The position numbers and the translations under genes are program-made. Below are positions 10,508 to 20,808 of a DNA stretch of 64,000 nucleotides, in pieces; positions within the stretch are counted from its first letter, which is position 1, and every line of letters starts with the position of its first letter. Below the pieces are notes generated by a model. That model was not told the DNA's origin. It ran no database searches and worked only from the letters and a program-made list of their open reading frames with translations. Location of the stretch: positions 147,169 to 211,168 of IMG/VR virus record IMGVR_UViG_3300042892_005961. One strand, written 5' to 3'.

Positions 10508-12640
10508 TTAGCACTGTTCTGATGATAATCCTGTTATTTGTCCTGTACTATTATTAATATCCCACGTTTCTCCATTAATTTGAACATATTCGTATCCTAT
10601 CAAAGCATTAGGGAATGTATCAACATATACAAAGCATCCTGTTGTAAAATCAAATGGTCCACAATCAGAATAGAATGTTCTATTATTTGATGCGTCATTA
10701 CAAACTCCACTAAATGTATTTCCTCTACCACAACCTGTATATGTTGTTAAAGGTATTGTAGTTGCTGTTGGAGTAGGCGTTGGTGTTGAACCGCCAGGAG
10801 TTGCTGTTGGCGTTGCGGTTGGAGTTGCAGTTGGCACACCTGAACAAGAGGTACATGCTGTTTGAGCTGTTCCTGTTTGTGCCGAACCATCTCTCATAAA
10901 TTCTCTTTCATCAGTACCATCAGAAACCCAAAATGTAGTGTTATTAGTCATATCACCATATACGTTACCATATATTGAAGAAGATAAACCTAATACTTTA
11001 GTTAGGTTACATAATGAAGTACCTTGAACTGTAACAGTCACCGCCTCATATTCACCACCACTACAAGCTGATGGACCATTAACTAAACTCACATAACCAC
11101 TAAATGTAGTTTGGAATGGTGTTGGAGTTGGTGGTAAAGGAGTTGGTGTTGCAGTTGGTGGTAAAGGAGTTGGTGTCGCCGTTGGTGGTAAAGGAGTTGA
11201 TGTTGGTGTTGGTGTTGCGGTTGATGGAAGACATGACGTTTCACCATAAAACACAGATGAAATTGACGCGATTACTCCTGATAATGAATTATTTTGAATA
11301 CAATCATTAATTACTTGTGGTCCAATACCAAATGTCTCCGTAACTTCACTACCCTCACAATTAAAATATCTAACAGTTCCACCAAAATCAACTTCAAAAC
11401 TTACTGACGTTACACAAGGACTTTCTGTAGGTGTTGGGGTTATTGTAGGAATTACCGTAGCCACTGGTGTAGGTGTTGAAGTTGGGAAAGGTGTTGACGT
11501 TGGTCTAGGTGTCGCCGTAACTCCACCAATAGGTGTCGGAGTTGGGGTTGATACCGGTAATAATACTCCTCCTCCTTTTTCGTAGAATGTTATACTATCA
11601 GTCGTTGTATAACCTGTACCTATTCTATCTAATTTTGTTGTCCCCGTATATCTATATATTTGATATGTTCTTTCATAGTGATCAAAATCAATTTGATAAT
11701 ACATATCTTTTTCTTCCGTTATATTATAACTTGTTGTTTGACCTGAATTTATAAAATCTAATATCTCACCTCTATCCGCATTGAAAAATTTTGCTGTCAT
11801 GAAAAACGTATTCATTCCGTGATAAAATGGTGATTTATTATCATTTGGGTTTTTTATAATTTCATATGTTAAATTTGGATATTGAAATGTTTGTCCCGTC
11901 CAACCAATTAATGTGGTACCTGTAGTACCTGTAGTTATTGGTATGTTTACTTGTGTTATATCGTTATTTTCATTTGTAAATAAAATAGTTTGTTCCGTTG
12001 TTGCGGTAAAACTATACATATCTAATGTTGTAGTTCCACTTAAATTAGTATCTGTTAAAACACTCTCATTATCAAACCAAAACAAATACATATTTTCTTT
12101 GTTTCGATAATTTGAACCTGTAAAAACAGGTACAAATATATTATACCCATAGTTACTACCTGTATGAAAATATTTTTCACCTAAGGGTAATGCTAAATTT
12201 TTAGAATTTATTAATCTTCTATTTTGTCTTGTCGGTGGCTCACATGTTAAAACATAATTTGTTATACTACCGGGTGTTTTATAAAACTCTAATCTAAAGA
12301 AACTTTCAGTTGATTGTTTTGTCATCAATTGATTTTCTTGTGTTGATATACCAACAGGATTATAATCTAAAACATAATTTGGTGTGTCTCCACTTGTTGC
12401 AAAATAAAATTGAAACCATATGTCAGTTTGTGTAAAATTAGGTGGGTAAGTGTTTCCCGTTACAATATATGGTTTATGAATGTATCTAACTGTTTCATAA
12501 TTTTTAGATGGATTAATAATATCTTTTAAAACTTCATCTTCAAAATCGGCAAGATTATCCTGCCAACCCAAATCGGTTCTAAAACTTTGTTCACTATTAA
12601 CTACAATATTTAAATTGTTACTATTTTTTAAAATTTCCAT
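10508..12640 (-). CDS. Structural protein with PT linkers and Cys-rich modules
   Basis: 710 aa; two modules shared with 1044..2354. Confidence 0.65.
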   Translation of the reverse strand: MEILKNSNNLNIVVNSEQSFRTDLGWQDNLADFEDEVLKDIINPSKNYETVRYIHKPYIVTGNTYPPNFTQTDIWFQFYFATSGDTPNYVLDYNPVGISTQENQLMTKQSTESFFRLEFYKTPGSITNYVLTCEPPTRQNRRLINSKNLALPLGEKYFHTGSNYGYNIFVPVFTGSNYRNKENMYLFWFDNESVLTDTNLSGTTTLDMYSFTATTEQTILFTNENNDITQVNIPITTGTTGTTLIGWTGQTFQYPNLTYEIIKNPNDNKSPFYHGMNTFFMTAKFFNADRGEILDFINSGQTTSYNITEEKDMYYQIDFDHYERTYQIYRYTGTTKLDRIGTGYTTTDSITFYEKGGGVLLPVSTPTPTPIGGVTATPRPTSTPFPTSTPTPVATVIPTITPTPTESPCVTSVSFEVDFGGTVRYFNCEGSEVTETFGIGPQVINDCIQNNSLSGVIASISSVFYGETSCLPSTATPTPTSTPLPPTATPTPLPPTATPTPLPPTPTPFQTTFSGYVSLVNGPSACSGGEYEAVTVTVQGTSLCNLTKVLGLSSSIYGNVYGDMTNNTTFWVSDGTDEREFMRDGSAQTGTAQTACTSCSGVPTATPTATPTATPGGSTPTPTPTATTIPLTTYTGCGRGNTFSGVCNDASNNRTFYSDCGPFDFTTGCFVYVDTFPNALIGYEYVQINGETWDINNSTGQITGLSSEQC
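10866..10960. repeat. 95-nt exact duplicate, copy 2
   Basis: Identical to 1318..1412. Confidence 0.9.
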
Positions 12641-14808
12641 TAACAGTTAGTTTTATTTTTATAATTATTAAATCCACCAAATAGATCATTTTTATTTTTA
12701 TATGATTTTTCATTTCTTAAATAAAAATTAATATCATTTACAACATAGTGTGTATTATTCATATATGGAAATCTTGTTCCATTACCATCTTGATCCACAA
12801 ATCCATGATCATATAAATCTCTCCATTTCCATAATTTATCATCATTATCGTAAATTGCATTTTCGGGTAAATTGATTAAATCGTTTGTTTTTGAACTTTC
12901 GATATATGGAGATAGTTCTCTTAATTTAACTCTGTAGTGTGGTTGGTAATAATACCCGACTGTATTTGATGGTGTTGCTCCTTGATAAAAACTATCTTGA
13001 TCTTGTGAGTGATAAAATAATCTATTACTTCCACCTACTGTTGTTCCAGAAAAAATTGTTTTGTGTGAAAATTTATGAAACGCCTCACTAATAATTCTTT
13101 CTTTTAATTCTTTTCTATTGTATTCAACGAAGGCACCTGTAAGACCTGTGGTTCCTACCGGTATAGTTGTTCCGCCAGTAAATGTTACACCCGTATAATT
13201 GTAGGTACTACCTAATATTGTATTTGTTTTACCACTGAACGTTTGTGTTAATCCTGTCATTACCTTTTCAACCGATGTTGTTCCACTAAATTGATTATCC
13301 AACCAATTATCATGAAAATTAAATTTAAATCCTACTTTTGGTGGGTAATCAAATAATCCGTTACCGTTTTTAAAAATTATACTTACATAAACTTCTGTTG
13401 GTGTGTAACCCAAATTATTGGTTATTCCGGTTAATGAGAATGTTTCTTTAAAATCAAATAATACAGATTCTTGTCGATTTCTTTCTACTAATATATCATT
13501 TTCTTGTAATGGATTTTCGAATAATATTTTTCTTTCGTCTTCAAAAATTGATGATTCAAAACCAACTTTATCCATAATATATTGTTGATCTCCTGTTAAT
13601 GTTTTATGTTTATGAACATAATATTGTGACGTTGTTCCTGAAATATTTTTAATATCTAAACATCTTTTACCTAACACAACTGAGCTTAATATTGTTCCCG
13701 ACGAAAATTCATTTTTTAATATGTTGATTACATAATTTTCTGAATTATAAGTTTGATTACCAACACTATCGATATAGTAAATTCTATATTTTTCGGTGTC
13801 GGAAGTAATTGGTATTGTATAATATTGTCTATTAGATGTTTGTTGCCAGAAACTTGTTGATCCCGTAATCGGTGGTATATTATTTAAATTAGAATTTACT
13901 AAAGATTTATAAGTTGCTCCCGAATAAAAAACTAAATTATTAACATCATAAGTTTCAGTTGAATTCCAATTAGTAACTAATTTCCAATTTGTATTTCCTG
14001 TTAGTGGTGGTATGTTATTTACATTACTATTTATTTTTGATGTATATATTTTATCAGAATAATGTATAATATTATCTTTACTATAGGTAACTCCTGAAAC
14101 CCAATTATGAGAAGTATATGTACCTCCCGATAGAATAATATATTCCCCTTGTGATATTCCGTGTTCAACTGGTGATGTTAATATATAATAATTTGGATCT
14201 GTTGTACTGTCTACTCTAAATGGTATTCCGTTACCAGCAACAAAGTTAAAATTAGTTTCATCTGATAAAGTATAGTTCATAGTGAATCCACTATCTTGTC
14301 CGTTCACATAACTTAAATATAAATTCCAATTTTTATAAGGAGCGTCGATTGATGTTGTGATGGTATGACCGGTGTATCTTCCAAATGGTGTTCCGTCAAA
14401 TAAATCAATTTTTGGTATTACATTTGTTGTTCCTAATGTAGATCCATATGAAGGGGTTGTCCTTTCTCGTAAAACATCATTTCTTAAAAATGCAAATTCA
14501 TTATATGGTACAAATCCTAAATCATTTCCCGTTCCGTCACCACATAAATAAAGGTTTCTTAATAGTGGAATATAATCAGTAAAACCATTATACATGTTTC
14601 TAAAAACCATTTTTAATTTACCATATATTTTATAATTAAAACTTTGGTTTCTTTCATCATCAAATAATTCGGTTAGATTTAACATTATATTTCTATCACC
14701 TTCTCTCATCAATGTCTCATCATTATCTAATTTAACATTAAGATTAAGATCCTGTTCATCTGCCTTAAAATATCTTTTACTCGGTAATAAAATTTGTTTC
14801 TTTTTCAT
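12640..14808 (-). CDS. Structural protein with two tandem CBM5/12-like modules
   Basis: 722 aa; WVSGVTYSKDNIIHYSDKIYTSK..P..NW and WNSTETYDVNNLVFYSGATYKSL..P..FW. Confidence 0.55.
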   Translation of the reverse strand: MKKKQILLPSKRYFKADEQDLNLNVKLDNDETLMREGDRNIMLNLTELFDDERNQSFNYKIYGKLKMVFRNMYNGFTDYIPLLRNLYLCGDGTGNDLGFVPYNEFAFLRNDVLRERTTPSYGSTLGTTNVIPKIDLFDGTPFGRYTGHTITTSIDAPYKNWNLYLSYVNGQDSGFTMNYTLSDETNFNFVAGNGIPFRVDSTTDPNYYILTSPVEHGISQGEYIILSGGTYTSHNWVSGVTYSKDNIIHYSDKIYTSKINSNVNNIPPLTGNTNWKLVTNWNSTETYDVNNLVFYSGATYKSLVNSNLNNIPPITGSTSFWQQTSNRQYYTIPITSDTEKYRIYYIDSVGNQTYNSENYVINILKNEFSSGTILSSVVLGKRCLDIKNISGTTSQYYVHKHKTLTGDQQYIMDKVGFESSIFEDERKILFENPLQENDILVERNRQESVLFDFKETFSLTGITNNLGYTPTEVYVSIIFKNGNGLFDYPPKVGFKFNFHDNWLDNQFSGTTSVEKVMTGLTQTFSGKTNTILGSTYNYTGVTFTGGTTIPVGTTGLTGAFVEYNRKELKERIISEAFHKFSHKTIFSGTTVGGSNRLFYHSQDQDSFYQGATPSNTVGYYYQPHYRVKLRELSPYIESSKTNDLINLPENAIYDNDDKLWKWRDLYDHGFVDQDGNGTRFPYMNNTHYVVNDINFYLRNEKSYKNKNDLFGGFNNYKNKTNC

Positions 14809-14821
14809 TTTTTAGTTTTTA

Positions 14822-17800
14822 TTAAGGAACTTGGTTTTCACATTCAAGTAAATTAAATGCCCCTTTAGGACCAAATAAATCTACAAACTTATCCATTCCC
14901 GTTTTACCCGCCATTAGTCCAAAATAAAAATGAAATGGTGTCGAAAGGATTTGTCTATTTCCACTGTAATAATCAATTGTTGGTCTTATGATATAATCAA
15001 TTGAACTACTCCAAAATTGTGAGTGCCAACCATTTGTTATTGTAATACCTTGGTATGTTGAGTTACCCGATACTGGACCAACTCTTGTATATAATGTTCC
15101 TCCTGTTGGTGCCTTAGTATATTGTCCCGACCCACCAGATAATAATTGATTTGTAAATCCTGTTACGTGTAAATAAGTAAAACCAGGATATTCTAAACCA
15201 TAGTCCTCACTACTATCAAAAGGATTTTCATCAAGATCAACAATATCAAAATCAATTTGATCTGTACCATCTCCATTTATTGTTAAACCACTAAAAGTAT
15301 AAGTCATTGGTAATAACAAATATTTGTCTGACGAATCATTTGGTGCTCCATTAATATTATAAGCATATGTCATTCCTTGTAAAGGTTGTAATTCAACGGA
15401 ACCATAATCCCAAGATTGACTATCTTTATATTCATTATATGGGCCAAATCCTTCACCTCCCTTATCCCACAAATAAAACGGTACTTTTTGTGAAGATCCA
15501 TAAGTATCAGAATCCCAACCCAATCTTCCTGGTTCATTTAAACACGCTCTAATTCTTTCACCATCTTCTTTTAGATCGAAAGTAACCGGTAATGGTCCAT
15601 ATTGAGAGTTTACGGTTTTAAAAACTTCAGGATAAATCTCAGGATCTAACTTATTGAATTGATATGCAAGATATTTTGAATTTTCTAAATCAAATCCTTC
15701 TATACCGGCTTCATTATTAATAGATAATAATTGTAGAATATCTCCATCTAAAATTTGTCTTAGACCTATTTTATTTTGAAATCCTTTGTTGGTAAAAAAC
15801 ATATCTAAATTTCCGAGAGCTCCTCCGACATCCATTCTATAATTAATTGCTAATCCAAGTAAATCTCCAATGTCTTGATATGAGGTAGGTCCAATACTTC
15901 TTGATACAGAACAATTTGGATCTAATCTTTTATCAATACATATTTCTTTAATAAATTCATCTCTTGGTCCTAAATCTACAAATGTCGTAGGGTGATTTAA
16001 TTCATTAGGTATAAAATTACCATTTTTAAATTTAGCTGACCTATAATAAAATTTATTAATTCCGTTACCTACGAATCTTACCAATGTCCTACAATATCTT
16101 ATTAATTTTTCATTATTACTACTTATAGCTCTAGTAACTCCTTTAGCTTTAAATTGTAAAAAATATAGTGATCCAGATAACCAATTATCAATAAAACCAT
16201 AATTAACGACACCACCACAAAACATTTTACCCACTCGTTTTCTTCTATAGTATTCTCTCAATATACCTGTTAATCTTGCTGGAGTTTGAGTACCTGGAAC
16301 AATATAAAAAACTCCGTTTGCGAATTCACTTCTTGCACTTGGGGTTGCGTATCCTCCATTATAATTATAACTTTCACAAGCAAAATCTTGAACACCTGTT
16401 ACGAATGGATTACCTGAATTATATGGATAATATGATTCTGGCACATTTATTGCTCCCCCATAAATTGCGGTGGAGATTAATATATTACCTGCACTTAATT
16501 CTGTTTTTAATTGTGCATTAGTTTGAACATATTTTCTTCCTATATTTTCTGGTAAAAGTGTAGCATTATAACCGCAACCTTTAAATTCACTCGTATTACT
16601 AGTATTCGTAACAAAATACCCTGTCACCAAATTATCATCATATAATGTATCATAATAACCACAACTACTATTTCCACTATAAGATATGCCAGAACCATTT
16701 CCACCTCCAATAGTGGAACTTTCATCTGAACATTCGACGCATTCAGGATAATTAATTAAACTTAATTTTGTTTGATTATTAATAACAAATTCTGTAAGTC
16801 TTGATCTTAGAGGTCTATTCCTTTTTGCCGCAACAGAAATTAACGCTTCGACTATAAATCCTAAAATAAAAACTGTAAAATTTAAAAATTGTAATGTTAA
16901 AAATTTAATAACAAAATCCAATACTAATAAAAAATCGGCAATTAATAATGGAAATGTATAATTCTTTATACCAAAATTTGATGGTGGTGTTAGTTTATCT
17001 CCACAATCTTCTTCTTCACTTGGAATTGTGTCATTTATATTAGCGAAACCGACTTGTCCAATTAAATTTGTGCCGTTATATCTCTGTTGAAATGACGATA
17101 CTGTATAGACTTTATTATATGTAAATCTATAAAAATAATCTTGTGGATAATACTCACCTCCATCATTATTTAAAATTAATGGTAAAGCCTCAGATGGATA
17201 ATCACTTAGACTTGTTGAAAACGCATATGATTTATCATTTGGAACATCATAAGAAAATCCACCTAACGTTTCGGTTAATTGATACTCTCTTATGTTTGGT
17301 AACAAATAATCAGCATTAAATCTAACTCTCGTTAAATCATTATCATTCATGTTAATTCTAAATCTATAACATCCTGATGTTGGAATACCTCTATTAATAT
17401 CATTAGTTATTTCATTCTCACCAAATTCATTTGTAATTACATAATCCATGTTCATAACAACCGGTAATACAAATCCACCGTCATCGGGTATATCCTCATT
17501 TATATTAACAACTTCTAAACGTGGGTAATTGTTATCATCTTTTTGAGGTGTGAATCTAATAGCTTCAATCTTACCTGACTTAGCAACTAAATCACATTTT
17601 CTTCCCATTTTTCTTCTTGGGGTACAAGCTTTATTAATTGCATTTTTACTACTGTCAGTAAAAATACCACCAATTACATATGCTTTAGGTTGAATATTAA
17701 CTCCGTTTTCTGTTAAGTCAAAATCTGTTCTTGTAATACCAATCTCACATAAAGATTCATTTCCCCAAAAAGGATAAACTTGGATGATTTTATTTATACT

Positions 17801-18439
17801 AACAATTTGTGGTAAAGAGTCTAAATCTTCAGATTCTTTAAATGAGAATTTGTTTTTAAATCCATCGACATTTATTCCTTGTCTAATAAAATCATACGGT
17901 CTTAAAGAGAAACAACCGACATCAGATAAGTCAGCATCCATATGTATTGTTTGTGCACCAATAGGTACACCCCAAATCATAAAATCACCCGCACTATTTG
18001 TTTTAACTGTGTATTTGTAATATTTCTCATATACCTCTAAAACTTCTTCTCTCTCTAAAATATTAGTTTGATCGGGAAACGTCCCCGTTTTTGCATGTCC
18101 ACTATGTTGTTGTCTTGATGGTAATAAGTTATAACGATAATTATTTTCGTCTCTGTCAGTAACTTCCTTATATGGGTAAAGAGTAGAAATTACAGGATCC
18201 TCTTCATCTTCTATTGTTAATGGTACAAATATTGATACTCTTACATTACCGAGTCCAAAACCATTGTTTGCAGTAACTCTACCACAGACAACTCCGTAAT
18301 CAGAGCACATCGAAGTGTAAATCTCTTTTTGACTAAATTTTAAAGATAAAATCTCTAAAACGTCAAAATCTTGTTTTAACTCAACTGTGATTTTTTGGTC
18401 AACCCCAATATTGGTTGAAATTCTATGCTTTTGTATCAT
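14822..18439 (-). CDS. Large baseplate-associated structural protein
   Basis: 1205 aa; N-terminal VCGRVTANNGFGLGNVRVSIF...TNSAGDFMIWGVP resembles an Ig-like (carboxypeptidase-regulatory-like) beta domain; lies between wedge genes. Confidence 0.55.
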   Translation of the reverse strand: MIQKHRISTNIGVDQKITVELKQDFDVLEILSLKFSQKEIYTSMCSDYGVVCGRVTANNGFGLGNVRVSIFVPLTIEDEEDPVISTLYPYKEVTDRDENNYRYNLLPSRQQHSGHAKTGTFPDQTNILEREEVLEVYEKYYKYTVKTNSAGDFMIWGVPIGAQTIHMDADLSDVGCFSLRPYDFIRQGINVDGFKNKFSFKESEDLDSLPQIVSINKIIQVYPFWGNESLCEIGITRTDFDLTENGVNIQPKAYVIGGIFTDSSKNAINKACTPRRKMGRKCDLVAKSGKIEAIRFTPQKDDNNYPRLEVVNINEDIPDDGGFVLPVVMNMDYVITNEFGENEITNDINRGIPTSGCYRFRINMNDNDLTRVRFNADYLLPNIREYQLTETLGGFSYDVPNDKSYAFSTSLSDYPSEALPLILNNDGGEYYPQDYFYRFTYNKVYTVSSFQQRYNGTNLIGQVGFANINDTIPSEEEDCGDKLTPPSNFGIKNYTFPLLIADFLLVLDFVIKFLTLQFLNFTVFILGFIVEALISVAAKRNRPLRSRLTEFVINNQTKLSLINYPECVECSDESSTIGGGNGSGISYSGNSSCGYYDTLYDDNLVTGYFVTNTSNTSEFKGCGYNATLLPENIGRKYVQTNAQLKTELSAGNILISTAIYGGAINVPESYYPYNSGNPFVTGVQDFACESYNYNGGYATPSARSEFANGVFYIVPGTQTPARLTGILREYYRRKRVGKMFCGGVVNYGFIDNWLSGSLYFLQFKAKGVTRAISSNNEKLIRYCRTLVRFVGNGINKFYYRSAKFKNGNFIPNELNHPTTFVDLGPRDEFIKEICIDKRLDPNCSVSRSIGPTSYQDIGDLLGLAINYRMDVGGALGNLDMFFTNKGFQNKIGLRQILDGDILQLLSINNEAGIEGFDLENSKYLAYQFNKLDPEIYPEVFKTVNSQYGPLPVTFDLKEDGERIRACLNEPGRLGWDSDTYGSSQKVPFYLWDKGGEGFGPYNEYKDSQSWDYGSVELQPLQGMTYAYNINGAPNDSSDKYLLLPMTYTFSGLTINGDGTDQIDFDIVDLDENPFDSSEDYGLEYPGFTYLHVTGFTNQLLSGGSGQYTKAPTGGTLYTRVGPVSGNSTYQGITITNGWHSQFWSSSIDYIIRPTIDYYSGNRQILSTPFHFYFGLMAGKTGMDKFVDLFGPKGAFNLLECENQVP

Positions 18440-18494
18440 TCTTATAATAAATAGAAACTATGTGATTTTCTATATATTATAACGAAAAAACATT

Positions 18495-20324
18495 TTAAAA
18501 TGTAGCCGTTCCTAATGTTTTAACCCTAACTTTAATATCTTTATTTGGGAATCTAATTTGGAAGATTTGATTTGACTTCATAAAGATCATATTATCGGAT
18601 TGATTTATCAATCTAGTGTTTTGATCTGTTGTTTGTGATGGCTCCGCAGATGAATACTCACCTCCTATTTTACTGTAAACTCTTGTCTCAATTACATTTA
18701 TCACACCTGATACGCTACCTACGATTTTGTTTAAAGCACCGATAAACAAAGGATCACCCATTTTACGTTTTTCTATTGCAAAATGTTCAATTGTATCCTG
18801 AATTACCGTTTGTATGATATCCGTCTGATTTGCGTTTTTATCTATGTTTAAATCAATTTCTAACCCCATATCGATGACTTCACCACTTACAATATCCAAA
18901 TAGTCATTAATCATTTTATATTCCGTAAGATAGGTTAAAATGTTCGATTTTAGTGTATAAGAAACAGTATCAGTTAAATTACCTTGGTCGTCATATGATA
19001 ATAATTTAATTCTAATCTTATTATCTTCCTCCATAACATTAACCTTAGCTGGTGCTCCGTATGTTGATGGCATCGTTTCAATTAATGATTTATAATCATT
19101 TAATGTAACCGCCCTATTTTGTGCTGCAAAGTTATATGAAACCATATTACGAATTTCTTCGATTGTTGGTTGGTCCGCACCACCTACTGCAGGTGTTATG
19201 TTATTAACTCTAAGTGATTGTACCACACCAGTATTCTTTGCTGGCACAGGTCCTGAAACTATAAATTCAACATCATCTACGTTTGTAATTACATTCACCC
19301 CTAAGTTACTATCTTTACCACCACCCACACGATATTGTACAAATAATGTTGTATTAATTTTTGGTGTAGTTCCTAATGATAGATTATTTAAATAACTCGC
19401 CAAATTAACTTTCAATTGTCCTGTCATATAGTTGTCCAAATTGTCTAATGGATTAACTGTACCCGAACCAAATGTTAATGAAAAATAACCTTCAGGTGTA
19501 TATTCTGTTATGAATTTATTATTAACAGGTAAAAACGTTCCTGCGGTAAAATTATTTGTATCCGATACAGACGTTGGGTCTGGCACAAATACTTTATCTT
19601 GAATTAATGATTTAACCTCATACCATTTGTTTGAGGTATTAGAAAATTCATTTGATGTTGGATTACTTGTAAAAGTTGTACCGTCCTTATGAATAACAGA
19701 TGTTACTCCTAATACGTTTTGTTCGGGTAAGTATAATTTTAAGAAAGGTTTTTGATCCGCTTGGTTTATAACTCTTCTATAAATTTTTGTTATACCATTT
19801 ACAACAGGTTCTCTTTTTGTAATTGTATAAGATATTAATCTATTATTTACATCAAAATTTGGTATCTTTAATCTATTAGGTTCTCCTTTTTTATTAAATG
19901 GAACAGAAAAATCAATATCATCAATTGTTTCAAAAACTTGACCTCCTCCTGAAACTTGAGCACCACTCTTTAATATACCCAAATATCTAACATCTTCTTT
20001 ATCTCCTCTAACATCCACAGTAATTGAAAAATCACATAATGCAACTGATGGTCTAACTCCTGGTAATCTAATACCATATGTTTTTGCAATATGATATAAT
20101 GATTGTCTTTGTTGTGCAAAATCCAACATAGTTTCCTGCCAAACTCTATCAATGTGAAAGTGTAAGTTATCCGCAACCGCGGCATTAATATCTAATAACA
20201 CCGAATAAATCGATGCGTCGTTAAAATTTTTAACTAAATCAGGATAGTAATTTTTAGTTAATGTTACTAATTCATTTCTTAATCCCTGAAAATCTCTTGT
20301 TGCGTATGATATCTGTTTACTCAT
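18495..20324 (-). CDS. Baseplate wedge subunit (T4 gp6 / baseplate J-like)
   Basis: 609 aa; ISYATRDFQGLRNEL, YHIAKTYG, YRVGGG, GGADQPTIEEIR, QNRAVTLNDY are typical gp6 motifs. Confidence 0.85.
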   Translation of the reverse strand: MSKQISYATRDFQGLRNELVTLTKNYYPDLVKNFNDASIYSVLLDINAAVADNLHFHIDRVWQETMLDFAQQRQSLYHIAKTYGIRLPGVRPSVALCDFSITVDVRGDKEDVRYLGILKSGAQVSGGGQVFETIDDIDFSVPFNKKGEPNRLKIPNFDVNNRLISYTITKREPVVNGITKIYRRVINQADQKPFLKLYLPEQNVLGVTSVIHKDGTTFTSNPTSNEFSNTSNKWYEVKSLIQDKVFVPDPTSVSDTNNFTAGTFLPVNNKFITEYTPEGYFSLTFGSGTVNPLDNLDNYMTGQLKVNLASYLNNLSLGTTPKINTTLFVQYRVGGGKDSNLGVNVITNVDDVEFIVSGPVPAKNTGVVQSLRVNNITPAVGGADQPTIEEIRNMVSYNFAAQNRAVTLNDYKSLIETMPSTYGAPAKVNVMEEDNKIRIKLLSYDDQGNLTDTVSYTLKSNILTYLTEYKMINDYLDIVSGEVIDMGLEIDLNIDKNANQTDIIQTVIQDTIEHFAIEKRKMGDPLFIGALNKIVGSVSGVINVIETRVYSKIGGEYSSAEPSQTTDQNTRLINQSDNMIFMKSNQIFQIRFPNKDIKVRVKTLGTATF

Positions 20325-20325
20325 C

Positions 20326-20778
20326 TTATATGTTTAAAATTATAAAGTCGGAAGTTGAAAATGACCCGTTATTAACTGTATATTCTATTTTAACTACCGC
20401 CGTATATGGTTTTGTCGATTCATCAGAAACCCTAAATAATCTTTCATCTTCATCTTGTGCAATACTTCTTTGTCGATTTGGATCATCTTCGGCGGATGTT
20501 ATAGATATATTTGTAATATCTAAGTTTGGTATGAATTTTTTAACTCCTTCTCTGATTTCTTCTTCAATTAAATTATATGTAATTGCGTCATTTTGATCAA
20601 AAATATATTGATATATTCTTGTTCCAAAATCAGGTAAGTAATATCTACTACCTTTTCTTGTTAAAATAAGGTGTATAAGATTGGCTCTAATCTCCTTTTC
20701 AGGGATTTCAGTCATATTAAGATAATCTCCTTTAGGACTATCTCTAAATGGATAATCAATACCGTACGTTACTGCCAT
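20326..20778 (-). CDS. Baseplate wedge / sheath initiator (T4 gp25-like, GPW_gp25)
   Basis: NLIHLILTRKGSRYYLPDFGTRIYQYIFD motif. Start moved to ATG 20778 because the upstream motif TATTTATT occupies 20783..20790. Confidence 0.85.
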   Translation of the reverse strand: MAVTYGIDYPFRDSPKGDYLNMTEIPEKEIRANLIHLILTRKGSRYYLPDFGTRIYQYIFDQNDAITYNLIEEEIREGVKKFIPNLDITNISITSAEDDPNRQRSIAQDEDERLFRVSDESTKPYTAVVKIEYTVNNGSFSTSDFIILNI

Positions 20779-20808
20779 ATTCAATAAATATAGATAAACC
20801 TAAAATGG

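Noticed and set aside
1318-11130. Diversity-generating retroelement (TR/VR pair) for the duplicated module
   Set aside because: Mismatches in the flanks involve all four bases rather than template adenines only, both copies are in-frame parts of genes, and no reverse transcriptase is in the window.
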